Assembly: GCA_002189035.1 (NCBI GenBank)
Contig: CM007991.1
Location: 4,588,001 to 4,652,000 of the forward strand
Source: Utricularia gibba
Taxonomy: Eukaryota; Plantae; Magnoliophyta
Length of the DNA stretch: 64,000 nt
Reading direction: 5' to 3'
Part shown: positions 28,242-40,812 of the stretch, in pieces
Numbering within the stretch: position 1 is the first letter of the stretch
How the letters are laid out: every line of letters begins with the position of its first letter
Notes under the pieces: generated by a model
Database searches by the model: none
Told to the model about the DNA's origin: nothing
Seen by the model: the letters and a program-made list of their open reading frames with translations, nothing else
Made by a program: the position numbers and the translations under genes

Positions 28242-29424
28242 ATGGGCTGGGGAATGTGGGCGCTTGCTGCAGGGGTGGTGGCGGTGGCAATTACGGTGAA
28301 TCAGTTGTGGGGGCAAACGGTGGGGTGGAAGGAGTCGGGGAAAGTGGCGGCTATCCAATGGCTGCAAGGTGTGACGGATGGCCTGGGGTATTGGGCGATC
28401 CCTGCCTACATCGGGATCCACGCACTCAGCATCGCCCTCTGTTTGCCCTACGCTGTGTTCTTTGAATCTGGGGCTTCGATGCTCTTCGGCTTTTTGCCTG
28501 CCCTGTTTTGCGTCTTCTCGGCTAAGCTGTTGGGAGCGTCTGCCTCCTTCTGGATCGGCAGGTGCTTTACCAATCTCGCGGCGGCTTTTCCTTATCCTTT
28601 TTTCCGGTGCCTTAACACTGTTTCTGGACGTATTGTGTCTTACTGGTGCAGTCAAAAGTAGATGTGGATTTGCTTGAATTGTTAGTTCAATATCTGTTTT
28701 TGGGGTTTTCCTACGCCTTTACCTGCTACTACGTTGGTTGATGGCCTCATGGCATTTGCGGGTGCGTGAAGGAACCAGTTGCCGCAGTTGTGCAGGCTGC
28801 CAATCGCAAAAAATACTGGCAATTTCTTGACTTCTAATGCAATTTTTCTGCATATCTCTTCGCCGTGTGTATTGTCTGTTGAACTTACCTGATGATGAGC
28901 CCGCTCTTATTTGGGGGATGTTTTCTGAATGATCTCTACTGTGTATTTGCAGGGTTGCCTTCAGAAGCTCTGGGTCTGCAGCTCAATGGGTTGAAAGAAA
29001 CAAGTACTTCAAAATGTTATCAAGAGGAGTCCAACGGGATGGATGGAAATTCGTCCTCCTCGCTCGGTTCTCACCCATTCCATCCTACATCATAAACTAC
29101 GCATTGGCTGCAATGAACATTAGGTTTCTGTCTGACTTCATGCTTCCAACGGTTATTGGGTGCCTCCCCATGATCCTGCAGAACACTTCAATCGGCAGTC
29201 TAGCCAGCGCAGCGGTAGCGTCAGCATCCGGCACAGGGAAGTCCCACCAGCTTTGGTCTTATGCGTTTCCTCTCATTGGGGTCGTCTCCAGCGTCGTTAT
29301 CTCTCTGAGAATCAAAAAGTATTCCAGTGCCATCGCAGTTTCGGATGATTCTGGTCATCGATTTGGCGCGGAATCACCTGGAGACTCGTCAAACCATCAA
29401 GGTGCTAACGATAAGACTAGCTGA
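28242..29424 (+). CDS. TVP38/TMEM64 family (SNARE-associated Golgi, VTT/DedA domain) membrane protein; exons 28242-28561, 28953-29424 (263 aa)
   Basis: Multiple TM helices with LCLPYAVFFESGASMLFGFLPALFCVFSAKLLGASASFWIGR and GVQRDGWKFVLLARFSPIPSYIINYALA (DedA-type R-F-x-P motif). The phase-2 intron closes in frame. Confidence 0.9.
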
Positions 29425-29806
29425 ATACTCTAATCTGATTTCCCCCTCGTCTACTACTTTTGAGCTGTGATGGACCTGAGCTAAGCACCATCTCAAACGC
29501 GAGTTCTTCAGCTAACATTCCCTACATTTATAGTGCATTTCATTGACCACAACAACGATTACTAGTGGCATGAGTTCTTGGCTGCACGAATGTTGTTTTC
29601 TTTATGGACTTGGGTTTAACCTTTCAATAACTGTAATGACAAGCAACAAGCGGAGGCCTTTAAGGACGATCGATGATCTGCTGATGAGTGAACTCCCTTA
29701 TTCAGCCCAAATCAAGATCGGTAGAGTACATGTATAGCATGAATGTGTTCTCGTAGGTGATGGTCACTTGCTATTACAGCCTTAAGTCCAATAGACGGCT
29801 GCTCAC

Positions 29807-31113
29807 TCAACAAGATTTAGCTCCCAGTCCAATGAAAGAAAACTGCAGAAAAGTTAAACACGCAGGCTCAAGGATAATCACAGAAAAACAGGGGATATTG
29901 AACAGCAGCCTCAGACCCTACAATGTTGTTATCAGTATGGCACCAATAGAAGCCTTGTAAAACAAGTGGTGTGACGTTGCAGGCCACAAGAATGTAGATC
30001 AGTAGCGAGTTCATTCTGGCCCATTTTAACACCGTGGTGAACCGTCTATAGCTATGGATGTCAACCTGCGAGAGACATGGACCAAAGCTGAAATGGATTT
30101 TGCTTTTATATGATTAATGCTTCACGGAGGGCGAGAATCGTGCCAATAGATTGCGGCAGGAAGAATCCCAGCCACGCCACCTGTGACCAATGTATAGCTC
30201 AAAGAGTAAAGAGCCTTGTTCATATGCATACTCTTTAGAGTTTGTTTGATAAAATAGTATAGAAAGTCTATATCTAAGTATATACATACATTATTGTTTG
30301 ATTGAATAGTAAATACAAATGGAAGCGGAACTAATTATATCTATACTACTTATATACTCAAAATTCTATTCTCGGATATTAAATATTATATACAATTAAA
30401 TATATAAATACTCAATTGCATTATAATTAAATATACTAATACCTTGCTATCAAATGACCTCTTAGTATCTAGAAGAAAGTGTAAAAATACGTGGAAATGC
30501 TACCTGAAATGTCACATAGGAACCCAACTACAACAGAAATTGATGATGTTCCAAGCCACACAACAAGCCGATAATTGTGTTTCTGCTCATGATAGAGATC
30601 GAAGACAACTATGAGTGGCAAGGCAATTTATGATAGATAATTGAGAAAGCATTTCTACAGAATGGTGATGTTGTTTCTTGAAGTTGACGATGATGTGCCC
30701 ATATTGCTAGTCGATCAAAGGTGTTATGATGGCCATTAGTGTACTGTTAACATTTGAAACGATCATGACTCTGGTATGAGAGATACATGTGATTTAGATT
30801 ATTGAATAGGAAGGAAAAGAAACCCAAAAAATCCTTTTGGCTCAAATGGAGCTTTACACCAAGTTGGTGCACCAGGAGGAAGTGGGCCATAGCTTGGTGA
30901 GTTCATGCTACATTGATGTGGAAAAGGAGAGAATACTTAAAGACATTAAGCATGAAGAATGCTTCTCGATATTTAGTGATTTGATGTAATAAGCTGCTTA
31001 ATTCTGTTCTAGCATGATCTTCGATAAAAATGTTGAGCACCCAAAATTGTGCTATCAATCATTCATGCAGCATCGCATGTGGGTCCTGTGTCACCTTGTA
31101 CACCTCGTTTTAC
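29807..31113 (-). pseudogene. HGSNAT: Heparan-alpha-glucosaminide N-acetyltransferase-like (HGSNAT/DUF1624) pseudogene, C-terminal half only, about 7 exon remnants
   Basis: Exon remnants read VKRGVQGDTGPTCDAA*MIDSTILGAQHFYRR (from 31113), QCSMNSPSYGPLPPGAPTWCKAPFEPKGFF (30915-30824), TLMAIITPLID*QYGHIIVNFK (from 30743), KHNYRLVVWLGTSSISVVVGFLCDIS (30582-30504), MHMNKALYSLSYTLVTGGVAGILPAAIY (~30230-30143), VDIHSYRRFTTVLKWARMNSLLIYILVACNVTPLVLQGFYWCHTDNNI (30065-29922) and FSFIGLGAKSC* (29842-29807). In-frame stops at 31065-31063 and 30709-30707, and some splice sites are degraded. Confidence 0.85.
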
Positions 31114-31549
31114 CTTCATCAACATAGAAGAACATTAGCATGTGTTGTTAAGAACCTTTGTTACCGGTGTGGGTAAGAGAGGAGGAAGAGGGAAGAAGGA
31201 GGAGGGAGGATCGGGAGCAAGTGAGCGGCCGATGCATGGGGAAATCCCTCAGCAAACCAGCGCTTGCCTTTGAGTAATGCCTACTTTTTTCTATGATGTT
31301 CGACATTTACTCAAATGAAGGGGGAGGGGAGTAGAGAAGAAAGGGGTTCCGCAGCAACGCACCGAGGAGACAAGGGAGGGGAGGAGGAGATTCATTAATT
31401 ATTCAAAAAGTACCTTTTTCCATACCCATGACAGGGATATGTAAGGAACCCCTTGATAAATGAAAAATTTACACATCTTAAATGTAAATCTTCCTATTAA
31501 ATAAATTTATAACCTAATTCACATTACAAACATAATACAATTATGAGCA

Positions 31550-32916
31550 TAGTGATTAGGGTTGAACAGAAGAGCAAATGCTTGCTATGTGAAAGTTAAT
31601 GCATGAAACTAGTGTCACGTTGGTAGAATTGGTCTTAACTAGGATTAAGGCAGAACTGCAACAGAATACAGTAAAGAAAAGTAATAAATTTTGGAGCTCG
31701 ATTATTTCTGGAATGAAATGGGTGATGCCTTGGGATTCCTAGGGGATGTATGCTTATCACTAAACATGCTCACACAAACCATAAATCATCAACTAACTCA
31801 CAAGGTCTAGGTCTACCCGGACTCTTGTTTTCCCCCTAATATTTGGTCTACCTCTAATTAGGGTTGTTAAACTGGGTTTTACTACTCCCTCCTCCTGGAT
31901 TTATCCTGGTTTGTTAAGGAAGTAATGTGACTTATGGTTGATTAGGTCTAAAGATTGACTAGCACAAATCTCCCCTTTTCACCCCAAGGCACCCTCTAAA
32001 CATTTAGCCACTCATAAGAAGAGGAAGGAGAATGTTTTCATAACATATCCTAAGCAACACTCTGGTCTCAAAATTAAACAACAATTAACAGAAATAGAAA
32101 AGACAAATTGTTCATGCAGTAAATCTAAAACTAGTCTTAGCTAGGAACAGTATGCATCAATGACGAAAATAAAGCTTCAAAGAGAAGTTGTGTTCTTCTA
32201 GTTCGTCGTCCCCTTCCTTCTTCTCCCAGAAACCTCCTCCAAAAAGTTGTTAGAGAGTCTCCAATGGGGAGATCTGCCTTCTCTCTCCATCTTTTCCCCC
32301 CTTTTGTCCAAAATCTCCCTTTTTCCTCCTTAGATTTTGTGTGTATTACTTTTCAGACTTTTGGACTCATTTTTTGCCACTACACTGTGCATATTCGGCT
32401 TCTTGGGATTTGTGTTGCGACCTGTACTCCATTGCTCAAAGAAGACTATTAGAAGGTTAGGACTAAATCCCAACTAAGACTAAAATAACATAACTACGGT
32501 ACTTTGCACAAAAATATAGAACTTGGCAGTAAAATCTGATTTTTGTAGCACAATATGAGTAATTTTCATGCCTCAATCACTCAAAAATATGTGTTATCAT
32601 CCCCCAAGAGTTTTCTTGCAAGCAAAATAAACAGTCCCTACAATTCTTATTAAAATGATTTTCCTGTCTCTTCAAAGTAGTTCCTTGCATCCCACAACAC
32701 CTCCAATCTGCCCAAGAAGTCCTCCAAGAGTTCAGGGTAACTCAACCTTATAATCCTCATATCTTCCCAGGTGGCATTCTCTTGAGACATGTTCTTCCAT
32801 TGGATCAATAATTCTTTATGTCCTTGATGACGGTGAGTGCTCATGATGGTATATGGGTGAGTATCAGTTTGGTCTTTGGTAACTAGTAGGGTTGCTATCG
32901 GGTTCACCCACTTCAC
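31550..32916 (-). mobile_element. 3' end of a Ty3/gypsy chromovirus relic: chromodomain, PPT and partial LTR
   Basis: ORF 32650-32916 has KELLIQWKNMSQENATWED...YPELLED (integrase chromodomain). On the minus strand it is followed by purine tract GGGGGA and LTR start TGATAACAC at 32599. The left LTR boundary is not resolved. Confidence 0.6.
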
Positions 32917-32939
32917 CCTTGCATTCTAGTATGTTCTGG

Positions 32940-34152
32940 GTGAGTCAATTATAAGCCAAATTACTCATAGTTTCCACAATTTGGAAAAGATCGAAATATT
33001 TTGAATGAAGTTTGGAGAACTTAGGCAGCAACTGACGTTGACATTGAGGCAAGTGGAGCCACCCCCATTCATCCACCTCCAAGAGAGAGATCTCTATGAT
33101 GTTAGTCATAATTCTTCTTCATGATTTGCTGGTTCCGATGTAAATGCTCGAACTCCTTGAAGACAACATCTCACTGTTTCAAGGAGGAAATCAACCAATT
33201 GTAAATGTTGATTCCAATTGTATTGACAAGCCAAAAGGGACAGAAAAACTGTGCAAAAGTCACTTTTCACTGAAATCAACCACCCTTCTGAAAAGATAAG
33301 ATTTGGAGCATAGATCTCTCTTCTAGAAGCCTGAGAAAATGACGAAGCTACCCTTACTTTTGAACTGAAAAAGGAAAAAGAAAGAGAGAGACGGGGAGAG
33401 CGAACAATATGGGAGCTAGGAGAACTGTGTTTCTTTGGCAAACATCTCCAGAGACCTCCAGATCTACATTTCTACACTAGCTCTCTGCCCAAAAATTTGA
33501 TTTCCAGCAGATCTACAACCAACAAAAGCAGCTTGATACTTTTATTTTTGTTTTTCTGATCTTTCGTTGTTTTAGAACTTAATACTGTTACTGTCTTCGT
33601 TTTTATGCTTTTTGTTACATTTTGATCCCTTGTTGTGAATGGAAAATCCTTTGTAAACCTTATTTCAGTTTATGAACATATTCATGTTTAAGCCTTTCGT
33701 GTTTGCCTTTAAATTTAACATGCTATTTACTGTTTCCACAAACCCTTGCTCTGTCTTTAAGCATTTAGCTAGATTTAAGCCTATGGGCTTTCTTGATTGA
33801 CACAAGAGCTAGACTCTAGTATAAAACTCAGTCAAGTTACTTTTATTTTATATTTTCTGCACATTCACATTAATTTCAGCCCATTTTCATCCTTGCAACT
33901 CGTTTATTTTAGCTATTTTTATTTTATGTGTTACGTGCATCAGAGCCAAACTCCGAGAAAAACCCCAATGTTTTCAGTAAATATGATAAACTTTAGGAAA
34001 TTGCAATCATTCCCTGTGGATTCAACCCTTGCTTTCCACACTATATTAATTCCTGTGATTTGTGTAGTAGAATAGCTAGGTTTATGATTTTTTTTGATGC
34101 GTTGAATGTTCTAGACTGCAAGATTTAGCAAACCCATTTTGAATGTTCATCA
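32940..34152 (+). mobile_element. Degenerate gypsy-type LTR fragment
   Basis: U5-like ATTCCCTGTGGATTCAACCCT near 34010 and an end in ...CATCA at 34152. No TSD or PBS confirmed. Confidence 0.4.
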
Positions 34153-37100
34153 AATATCTTGTCAATTAGACTAAAATTCTCTTCCTCCAAAGCTTGTATC
34201 TATTTGTACAACAATATATAAATTAGAAACCCAATTTATAAGGGCAAATGAACCAACATGAACTAACCTTAGCTTTAGGTTGCAACCGACGGGATGCCCA
34301 CACTTCATCCGATCATCTCACGCTTTAGATCTTCCACCACTTGAATCAGATTATCCAATACATCATCAAGTGTATGCTCCTTATTCGAACTCTCATCCTC
34401 ATCCACATCTACTGATTCCTCCACTTCAATGGCCAACTCTTACTCCACTGCTGTCTTACACTTACACCAGGGTCCATATGGCTGTCGGAATCATATTGTA
34501 CGCCTTCTCTAGTTGTTCAATTTTATTCTTTCGCATTGAAAGTAGGAATTAGCGAGTGTCAACTGCCCAAACATAAGATTTTATGCTGTTGTAGTGGATC
34601 GACCCTGTTTAATTGAGTATTTCCATCAGTTTAGTTAGTTTTTAGAAGGAAAAGGCTAATGGTTTTTGAAATTGCTCAATAAAGGATTAAATTGTTATGA
34701 AATTTAAAACTACAACATGTTTCAATTAGAGATTAAATAAACAATTTCTCACACCTGTCAATATTGAAAAGAAAGTACTTCCATAACAACTTTCAACACT
34801 GGTATCAAAGTGTACACAAAAGAAAACACTAGTAGGGACACTTGATATCGACCTTCAATACACTAGGCTCTTGACAACGTATTCCCACCCTGACTCTTAA
34901 CACCTAGTGAGGGTTATGACACTCCCCAACACCCCGTGCCAAGTGAGTCTCCATAATACCTAGTTGTAGCATCCATTTGCACACTGTTCAACACTAACAC
35001 GCCCTAACACTCGAAAAATGGCAAGCACAAAGGATTGATAAATACAATATATACATATTGTACTACATCCATAAATTCTTATATCAGAAGCAAACTTGGT
35101 ATGATTTAGATGGATATTCTTATTTTGCAAGTTTCATTTTATTAATCATGTTTATCAACGTTTTCATCTAAATTGTATCTTCAAACTTATCTTTACACTA
35201 TAGATGTTTCCAAATTGGTTTGTACAAATACATGCATATTTTATATTAAATATTTTCCAAGTTGTTACAAATATGTTAATTAAATATTAGCAATAATAAT
35301 CAACGATGTCAAATCCTTACTGCAAACAATAACAGTTATTCAACTGTTATACAATTTCAGTTAAGCAGATGATACAAAAATCATGACCATGACTCGAGCG
35401 AAAGTTGGTCGCATATAAGAAATTCATCATGTAAAATCATAATTATTAGTTAAAATATATTGTTAATAAAAAAATTCAAGCTTAAAATTACTACATCTTT
35501 TTAAAACATATCAGTAAAAGTTGAATCATACATGAATTGTTATTGGTTACAAATATAATTACTACAGATTTGTATATTATAATAAAGTTATATAGTCAAA
35601 ATTGTACATATTTTGATGACCAAATTTATCATTTTAATAAAATGAATTAAATTAACTATTTTAGTATAAATAATTAATCAATAAAATTGTGGAATCGATA
35701 AACTATTTGAACAGAATAATCATAAGTGCTGATTGAAGTTATTTAAATGATTCTCCGTTTTGTCATCGTTAATAAAACTTATTATCTATTTTGCATTTGT
35801 TTTCAAAACATGTCGATTACATTTGTATTATATATAAATTGTTATTATGAAAACTATACTTCTTAAAGATGAATTATGTATGCGAATAATGCAATTATGT
35901 TAGTGAACTAAGGAAAATGAAAAACTGAAAAATAATAAGGATTTGACAGGATATACTTAGGACGTCTCGGGCTAATTTCTACATTTTAATTTTAGAACGA
36001 AGGGTTGAGTGAGTATTTCAACAGGTTGAGTGAGTATTTCAACTCTGGAACACCGAGGCATTACATTTATGTTTTCTGATTTAAAATTAGAAATCTATTG
36101 TCTCATTATTATTATTTTTATAATTACTATTTAATTTATGCAAATTGTATTTAAAATTAAAAATTGTATTTGATATCAGAACATATGAAATTTCACACAA
36201 CAAGCACTAGACTCCTTGTTTTCAACAATGAAGCATTATACATATTTTATGAATTTATTGATTAATATGTATTATGACTTTATAAATTTTATTTGATTCA
36301 AAAATTTCAATATTTTACAATAACCCAGATTTTTAGTTTATCAACTATGCTCTCTTTCAAGTGTTTGAACCAATTGATTCGCCCTAATAGAGATTCTTTT
36401 GCTATAACTCTAGCCATTTCTTTATAACTAGCTTTAGATACTTTTGATAAAACTCTGTATTATGAACCGCTTCTTTCAACGCAAATCCCATTCATTCTGC
36501 TCGCAACACCCCAATTAGTTCTCTGGGTAAAAATGAAAATTTGACATTCCATCTTCCAAAACCAACATCTTTTGAATCGTATTAACAATAGATTTACAAC
36601 TTTGCACTATACTTATCCCAAGAATGGATATGGAATTTCCAGAATGCTTGTTATACATACATTCCAACCTTCGTAACTCTTTTCTAAATTTATCGATATT
36701 GAATCAGTCGAAAGAACTAAAGACCTTTCAAAAAATCCTGCAATACACTTTGCACTAAAAGACAAGAATAAATAGAATTTGCATATCTTTGAAAGGAAAT
36801 TAAAAAGGAGAGAATCAAGAGGTTACAACAACATGTATTAAGGTTGTATTTAGGATTTCTAAGGTTGTATTTAGGATTTGGTATACTTCCAAGTTGTATT
36901 TTTTAAGTTACATGTATTAATTCTTTCTCCTTTCGTATCTATCTTGATTTATTAGAAAAAGGTGCTAACATAAGTCTCAAATCTGAGGTCAAGGTTATAC
37001 ACATTCCCCCTTCTTTCCTAAAGCATCACATTATATCTTAGCCATTCATGCTAAAATTAATGATCATTACTTCATAAAATAAATGTAACATCACATACAG

Positions 37101-37232
37101 AACAACAAATTCAAAATAAAATGATGACCAGAAAAGAAATATTCAAATGCAAAACATATAACTAGAATTCTATTTCGTTGACATTGTTTCTAGTTAGGAG
37201 CATTGTTTTCTAGTGGAATCGAGTAGCCAATT

Positions 37233-37420
37233 CTACAAACATATGGAGGTGGAATCAGCTTCAGCCAAAAAATAATGAAGAAGATGTTTTTCATGCAACA
37301 AAAGTCTTGTCATATTGAGTATACTCCTATTTTTTCTCTCAAAAATATCATTCTGTAGAGGAATATATGACACAATTAAATAATGTTGTAGATCAACATT
37401 ATTTAATTCCATCCAAACAC
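37233..37420 (-). mobile_element. Ty1/copia integrase fragment
   Basis: SYIPLQNDIFERKNRSILNMTRLLLHEKHLLHYFLAEADSTSICL resembles the copia PQQNGVAERKNR...FWAEAV motif. Confidence 0.7.
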
Positions 37421-37459
37421 ATATGAAAGATCTACTAACCACATGTATTGTAAATCTGG

Positions 37460-38061
37460 ACTATTTTACAGAATAGTATAGGAGCTATCGATGATACACA
37501 TATGAAAGAAAAACTTCTACTAAAGTAGCAAATTCGATACATAGGAAGGAAAGACTATCCAACTCAAAATATCATGGTGGCAATCGACTTCAACTTATGT
37601 TTCACCTTCATTGGACCTGGTTGGGAAGCATGTGCTCATGATTCTCGCGTTCTTGCAGCTGCAATCAATGATCAAACCAGCGGATTACAAATGCCTCTTC
37701 ATGGTGAGTAATGTTATCAACAACTTACATAATTATCTAACTTTATATTATGTACTTCATATTAATTTATTTTGTAGGAAAGTATTATATTGGGGACTCG
37801 AGTTACGCCAATAAAATAGGTTTTCTTGCACTCCATAGAACAGTTCAGTATCATTTGCCGGACTTTCAAAGAAATTCAAGGTGCAAGAATGGAAAGGAAT
37901 TATTTAAATTCAAGCACTCATCTCTCCAATCTACTGTTGAAAGATCATTCAACATATGGAAAAAGAAATTTAAGTTGGTTAATGATATCCCTTGTCCAAT
38001 TCATTGGAAAATGCAGGTTCAAATAATTATAGTTACAATGATTATACATAATTTCATTTGA
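37460..38061 (+). mobile_element. PIF/Harbinger transposase relic with intron (GT at ~37703, AG at ~37777)
   Basis: IGAIDDTH...GRKDYPTQNIMVAIDFNLCFTF..GWEACAHDSRVL | GKYYIGDSSYANKIGFLA...YHLPDF...ELFKFKHSSLQSTVERSFNIWKKKF...IHNFI, the DDE_Tnp_4 motif series. Contains a stop. Confidence 0.85.
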
Positions 38062-38487
38062 ATCATGAATATGAATGACCCAAATTTCAAGGAAGATGTA
38101 GTGGAGTATGATGATCAATACATGATAAATGATATATATGACACTATGGACTATGAAATGGATACACTCCGAGATATGCTTTGAGAATGGAGGCTGATAC
38201 TTGAGAACTTTGTGTTTGGTTTTTGTAGCTTGTTAGGTATTGATTGTTTATATTTGTAATTGTTTATGGAGGTTTGATAATACTTGGAATCTTTGGAATA
38301 CTACTGCAATAGTGTCAGAACAATAGTAGCTCAGTATTTTACTTTACCCATTTATGGTTTCAATGTGTCTCCAAAGATTCATACTTGTACTTATTAATGG
38401 AGGACACCGTTTTTTGTCTAATTTGTACGAGTTAGGTGTAGTGCAGTTTAATTTTTTGCTTTTCACCACTATAAATAATATCAAAAT

Positions 38488-38571
38488 GTAAAATGAACTA
38501 GTTGTTGCCACAATAGTAAAATGAACTAGTTGTTGCCACAATAGTAAAATGAACTAGTTGTTGTCACAGTA
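38488..38571. repeat. Tandem repeat, 28-bp unit x3 (GTAAAATGAACTAGTTGTTGCCACAATA)
   Basis: Units at 38488-38515 and 38516-38543 are identical; 38544-38571 has two substitutions. No spacers. Confidence 0.9.
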
Positions 38572-38989
38572 GTTCAACTAAGGAAGCATATAACAAAAAC
38601 TATAACAAAATGGCTACTGCGGTAGTTTTCTTAAGGAAACATATAGCAAAAACCTTAACAAAATAGCTGATGCACTAGTTAAATATAAAAGAACACCTAC
38701 AAGAAATCATCTAGGAAGCTGCTTTCTTGTGTAGTTTTCTTCAGTGTGTAACAATGAATATTATATTCATTGCGTACAAAAGCAAGTCTTGCTATGTTAT
38801 CTTTAGCAGACATCCAAATACGCCATTTTTTTCATTTCTAAACATCGACATAGCATAACTATATATATCTCCACCATGGCAAATTGTAAGGCATTGATGA
38901 AGTATATACCCACATGTTCTATGTCTTGAGTTGAAGAAATGTCTACAAGATTTTCCACGGTGGAATCCACATGCTCAATTGAATCAGCA

Positions 38990-39400
38990 TAATTCTATGA
39001 TGTAGAATATTTAACTCCATCTCCAATAATAAGTATGTCATTAAACATGAGATCTTGTTCTTCTTATAACATTGGAGGGGCATTCCTAAATATTCTAGCA
39101 CTTTTTTCACCTAAAACTATAAAATCTGAGCAAGCACCAATGAAAACAATATGAAAATAAAATATTGAAACCTTTAAATAGTCCTTCTACCATTGATCGG
39201 GCATGTCCATTGCTCCATTGGGTTTGAATCCAACCCTAGTTTGTTTAGTAAATTTAATCCAAATGTCCCAAAATACATTCAGCTTATCCCACCTATTTTT
39301 TAGCTGTTAGGCCTATTCCCGGCCCTCAATTCTTCAGCACCGCCTTTATGAAAGTTGCTATACTTGCATCATCACATTTTGCAGTCAACCTAGCATCTTT
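38990..39400 (-). mobile_element. Myb/SANT-like ORF relic of the same PIF/Harbinger element
   Basis: Minus strand reads ATFIKAVL..LRAGNRP / QLKNRWDKLNVFWDIWIKF / EFRNAPPML*EEQDLMFNDILIIGDG, resembling Myb_DNA-bind_3. It is convergent with the transposase relic. Confidence 0.6.
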
Positions 39401-40372
39401 GTTATCCATATATTCTAAAAAAAATTGAACAAAGCATTTATGGGGGAACAATCATTACAGAGAATACTAAGGGCATTAAAAAACAACCTAAACAACAAAA
39501 AATGAGGAGACCAAATTTAATATGAATTGATAGCAATAGAATCTTTTATTGATTCTTAAAATTAAGATAACATAGAGGAAGATCTAAGAAAATGGATGAG
39601 ACAAGTTTTGGTAACAGCTACAGATGATCCTAAGGACATAAAATTTTAGTCAGAAGTAGCTTTGTAAAAATTAATGAACTTTTCAATATTTCTTATTGAT
39701 TTCCACATGTTTGAATCACTAGTGTTCTTGTATATGCTGATGGTCATAGCACATAAGTCGAAGAGATAAAGGCTCACATTTAGGAATCAACAATAGTTTA
39801 AACTAACCTAGAAAATGGTGTTCTTTCAGTGAACACACCGTTTCCCACCCTTTGTGTACTTTTGCTGCAAAAAAACAATATGAATCATTTTTACAGTTAA
39901 GGTTAAAGTCCTAAAATCCTTTGGTTCTTGTCAAATTTAACCAAAGGATTTTGAGGAGACTTGTAATAATATAGAGTTTAAAACCTAAAAATCTCCCTAA
40001 TCTTTGATTTTGTAAGGAGCAGATTCAAAAGCAAGGAAATCAAGATGAGTGCTTGGTCAAGATTCTGGAGTATCCACAGGTGAAACTTAAGTTGGGTAGA
40101 AAGACCTCATTTTCTTGAGGTGACCGAGCAAAGATAGAAACATCTAATTTGAGTGACCTAGCAAAGAAAAGAGATGCATCAATTTTCATAGAAAGAGAAT
40201 GAGAGACAAAAAGGGTTTTTTTGGATTAAAAATATTGAAGCGGTTCAGAACTTGTAGAAGCAGGTCTAGTCCCACTTCAAAGGAAAATTTGAAGCACTTC
40301 GAATCAATTTTTTTGCTTCAAAAAAAGCAGAAGTTGTTACCATTTTCAACAACAAAAAAAACACTTCAAAAG

Positions 40373-40694
40373 TGTTGGAGATCAGCCTCAATCCAAAGTT
40401 TGAAGGTGATTGGAAGCACTAATCTTGTGTCATAATGTTATATTTCAGATAAAAGGTGTTGAGTTCGAGCATGGAAGTGTTGGATTCGAGTTGTTGGGCT
40501 TTTTGTGTGTTTTCAATAATTGTGGCCCACTGTTGGGTAACCTAGGTATTGGGTATATATAAACCCTACTAGGAATGCGTGTCGATGAGGGTTTTGGTCA
40601 TTCTTATTGTTCATGAGTCGTTTTTCATCCAAGGTGATCTCAGAAGCATTACCTTTTTGTTACTTCCCGAGACTCTCTTTTTCTTGCATCAACA
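40373..40694 (+). repeat. 5' LTR of the copia element (322 bp)
   Basis: TGTTGG...TCAACA, followed directly by the PBS. Confidence 0.97.
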
Positions 40695-40812
40695 TGGTAT
40701 CGGAGCAGTAAGGTTCTCAAACCTGTGCTCGTTTCAGTATTTTATTTACCGTTCAGCGTTTTTTACTTGGTGGATTACAAAGTATCAACCCAAAGCTTTT
40801 CAAGCGGTGGCT

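Noticed and set aside
34800-34810. PBS-like TGGTATCAAAG after an LTR-like ...TCAACA end
   Set aside because: No gag sequence or second LTR follows, so an element cannot be delimited.
36360-36760. Decayed coding-like stretch on the minus strand, possibly a transposon Ulp1-type protease
   Set aside because: Multiple stops and no unambiguous catalytic motif; identity unsupported.
38488-38571. 28-bp direct repeats as a CRISPR-like array
   Set aside because: Units are contiguous with no spacers, in a plant nuclear context with no cas genes.
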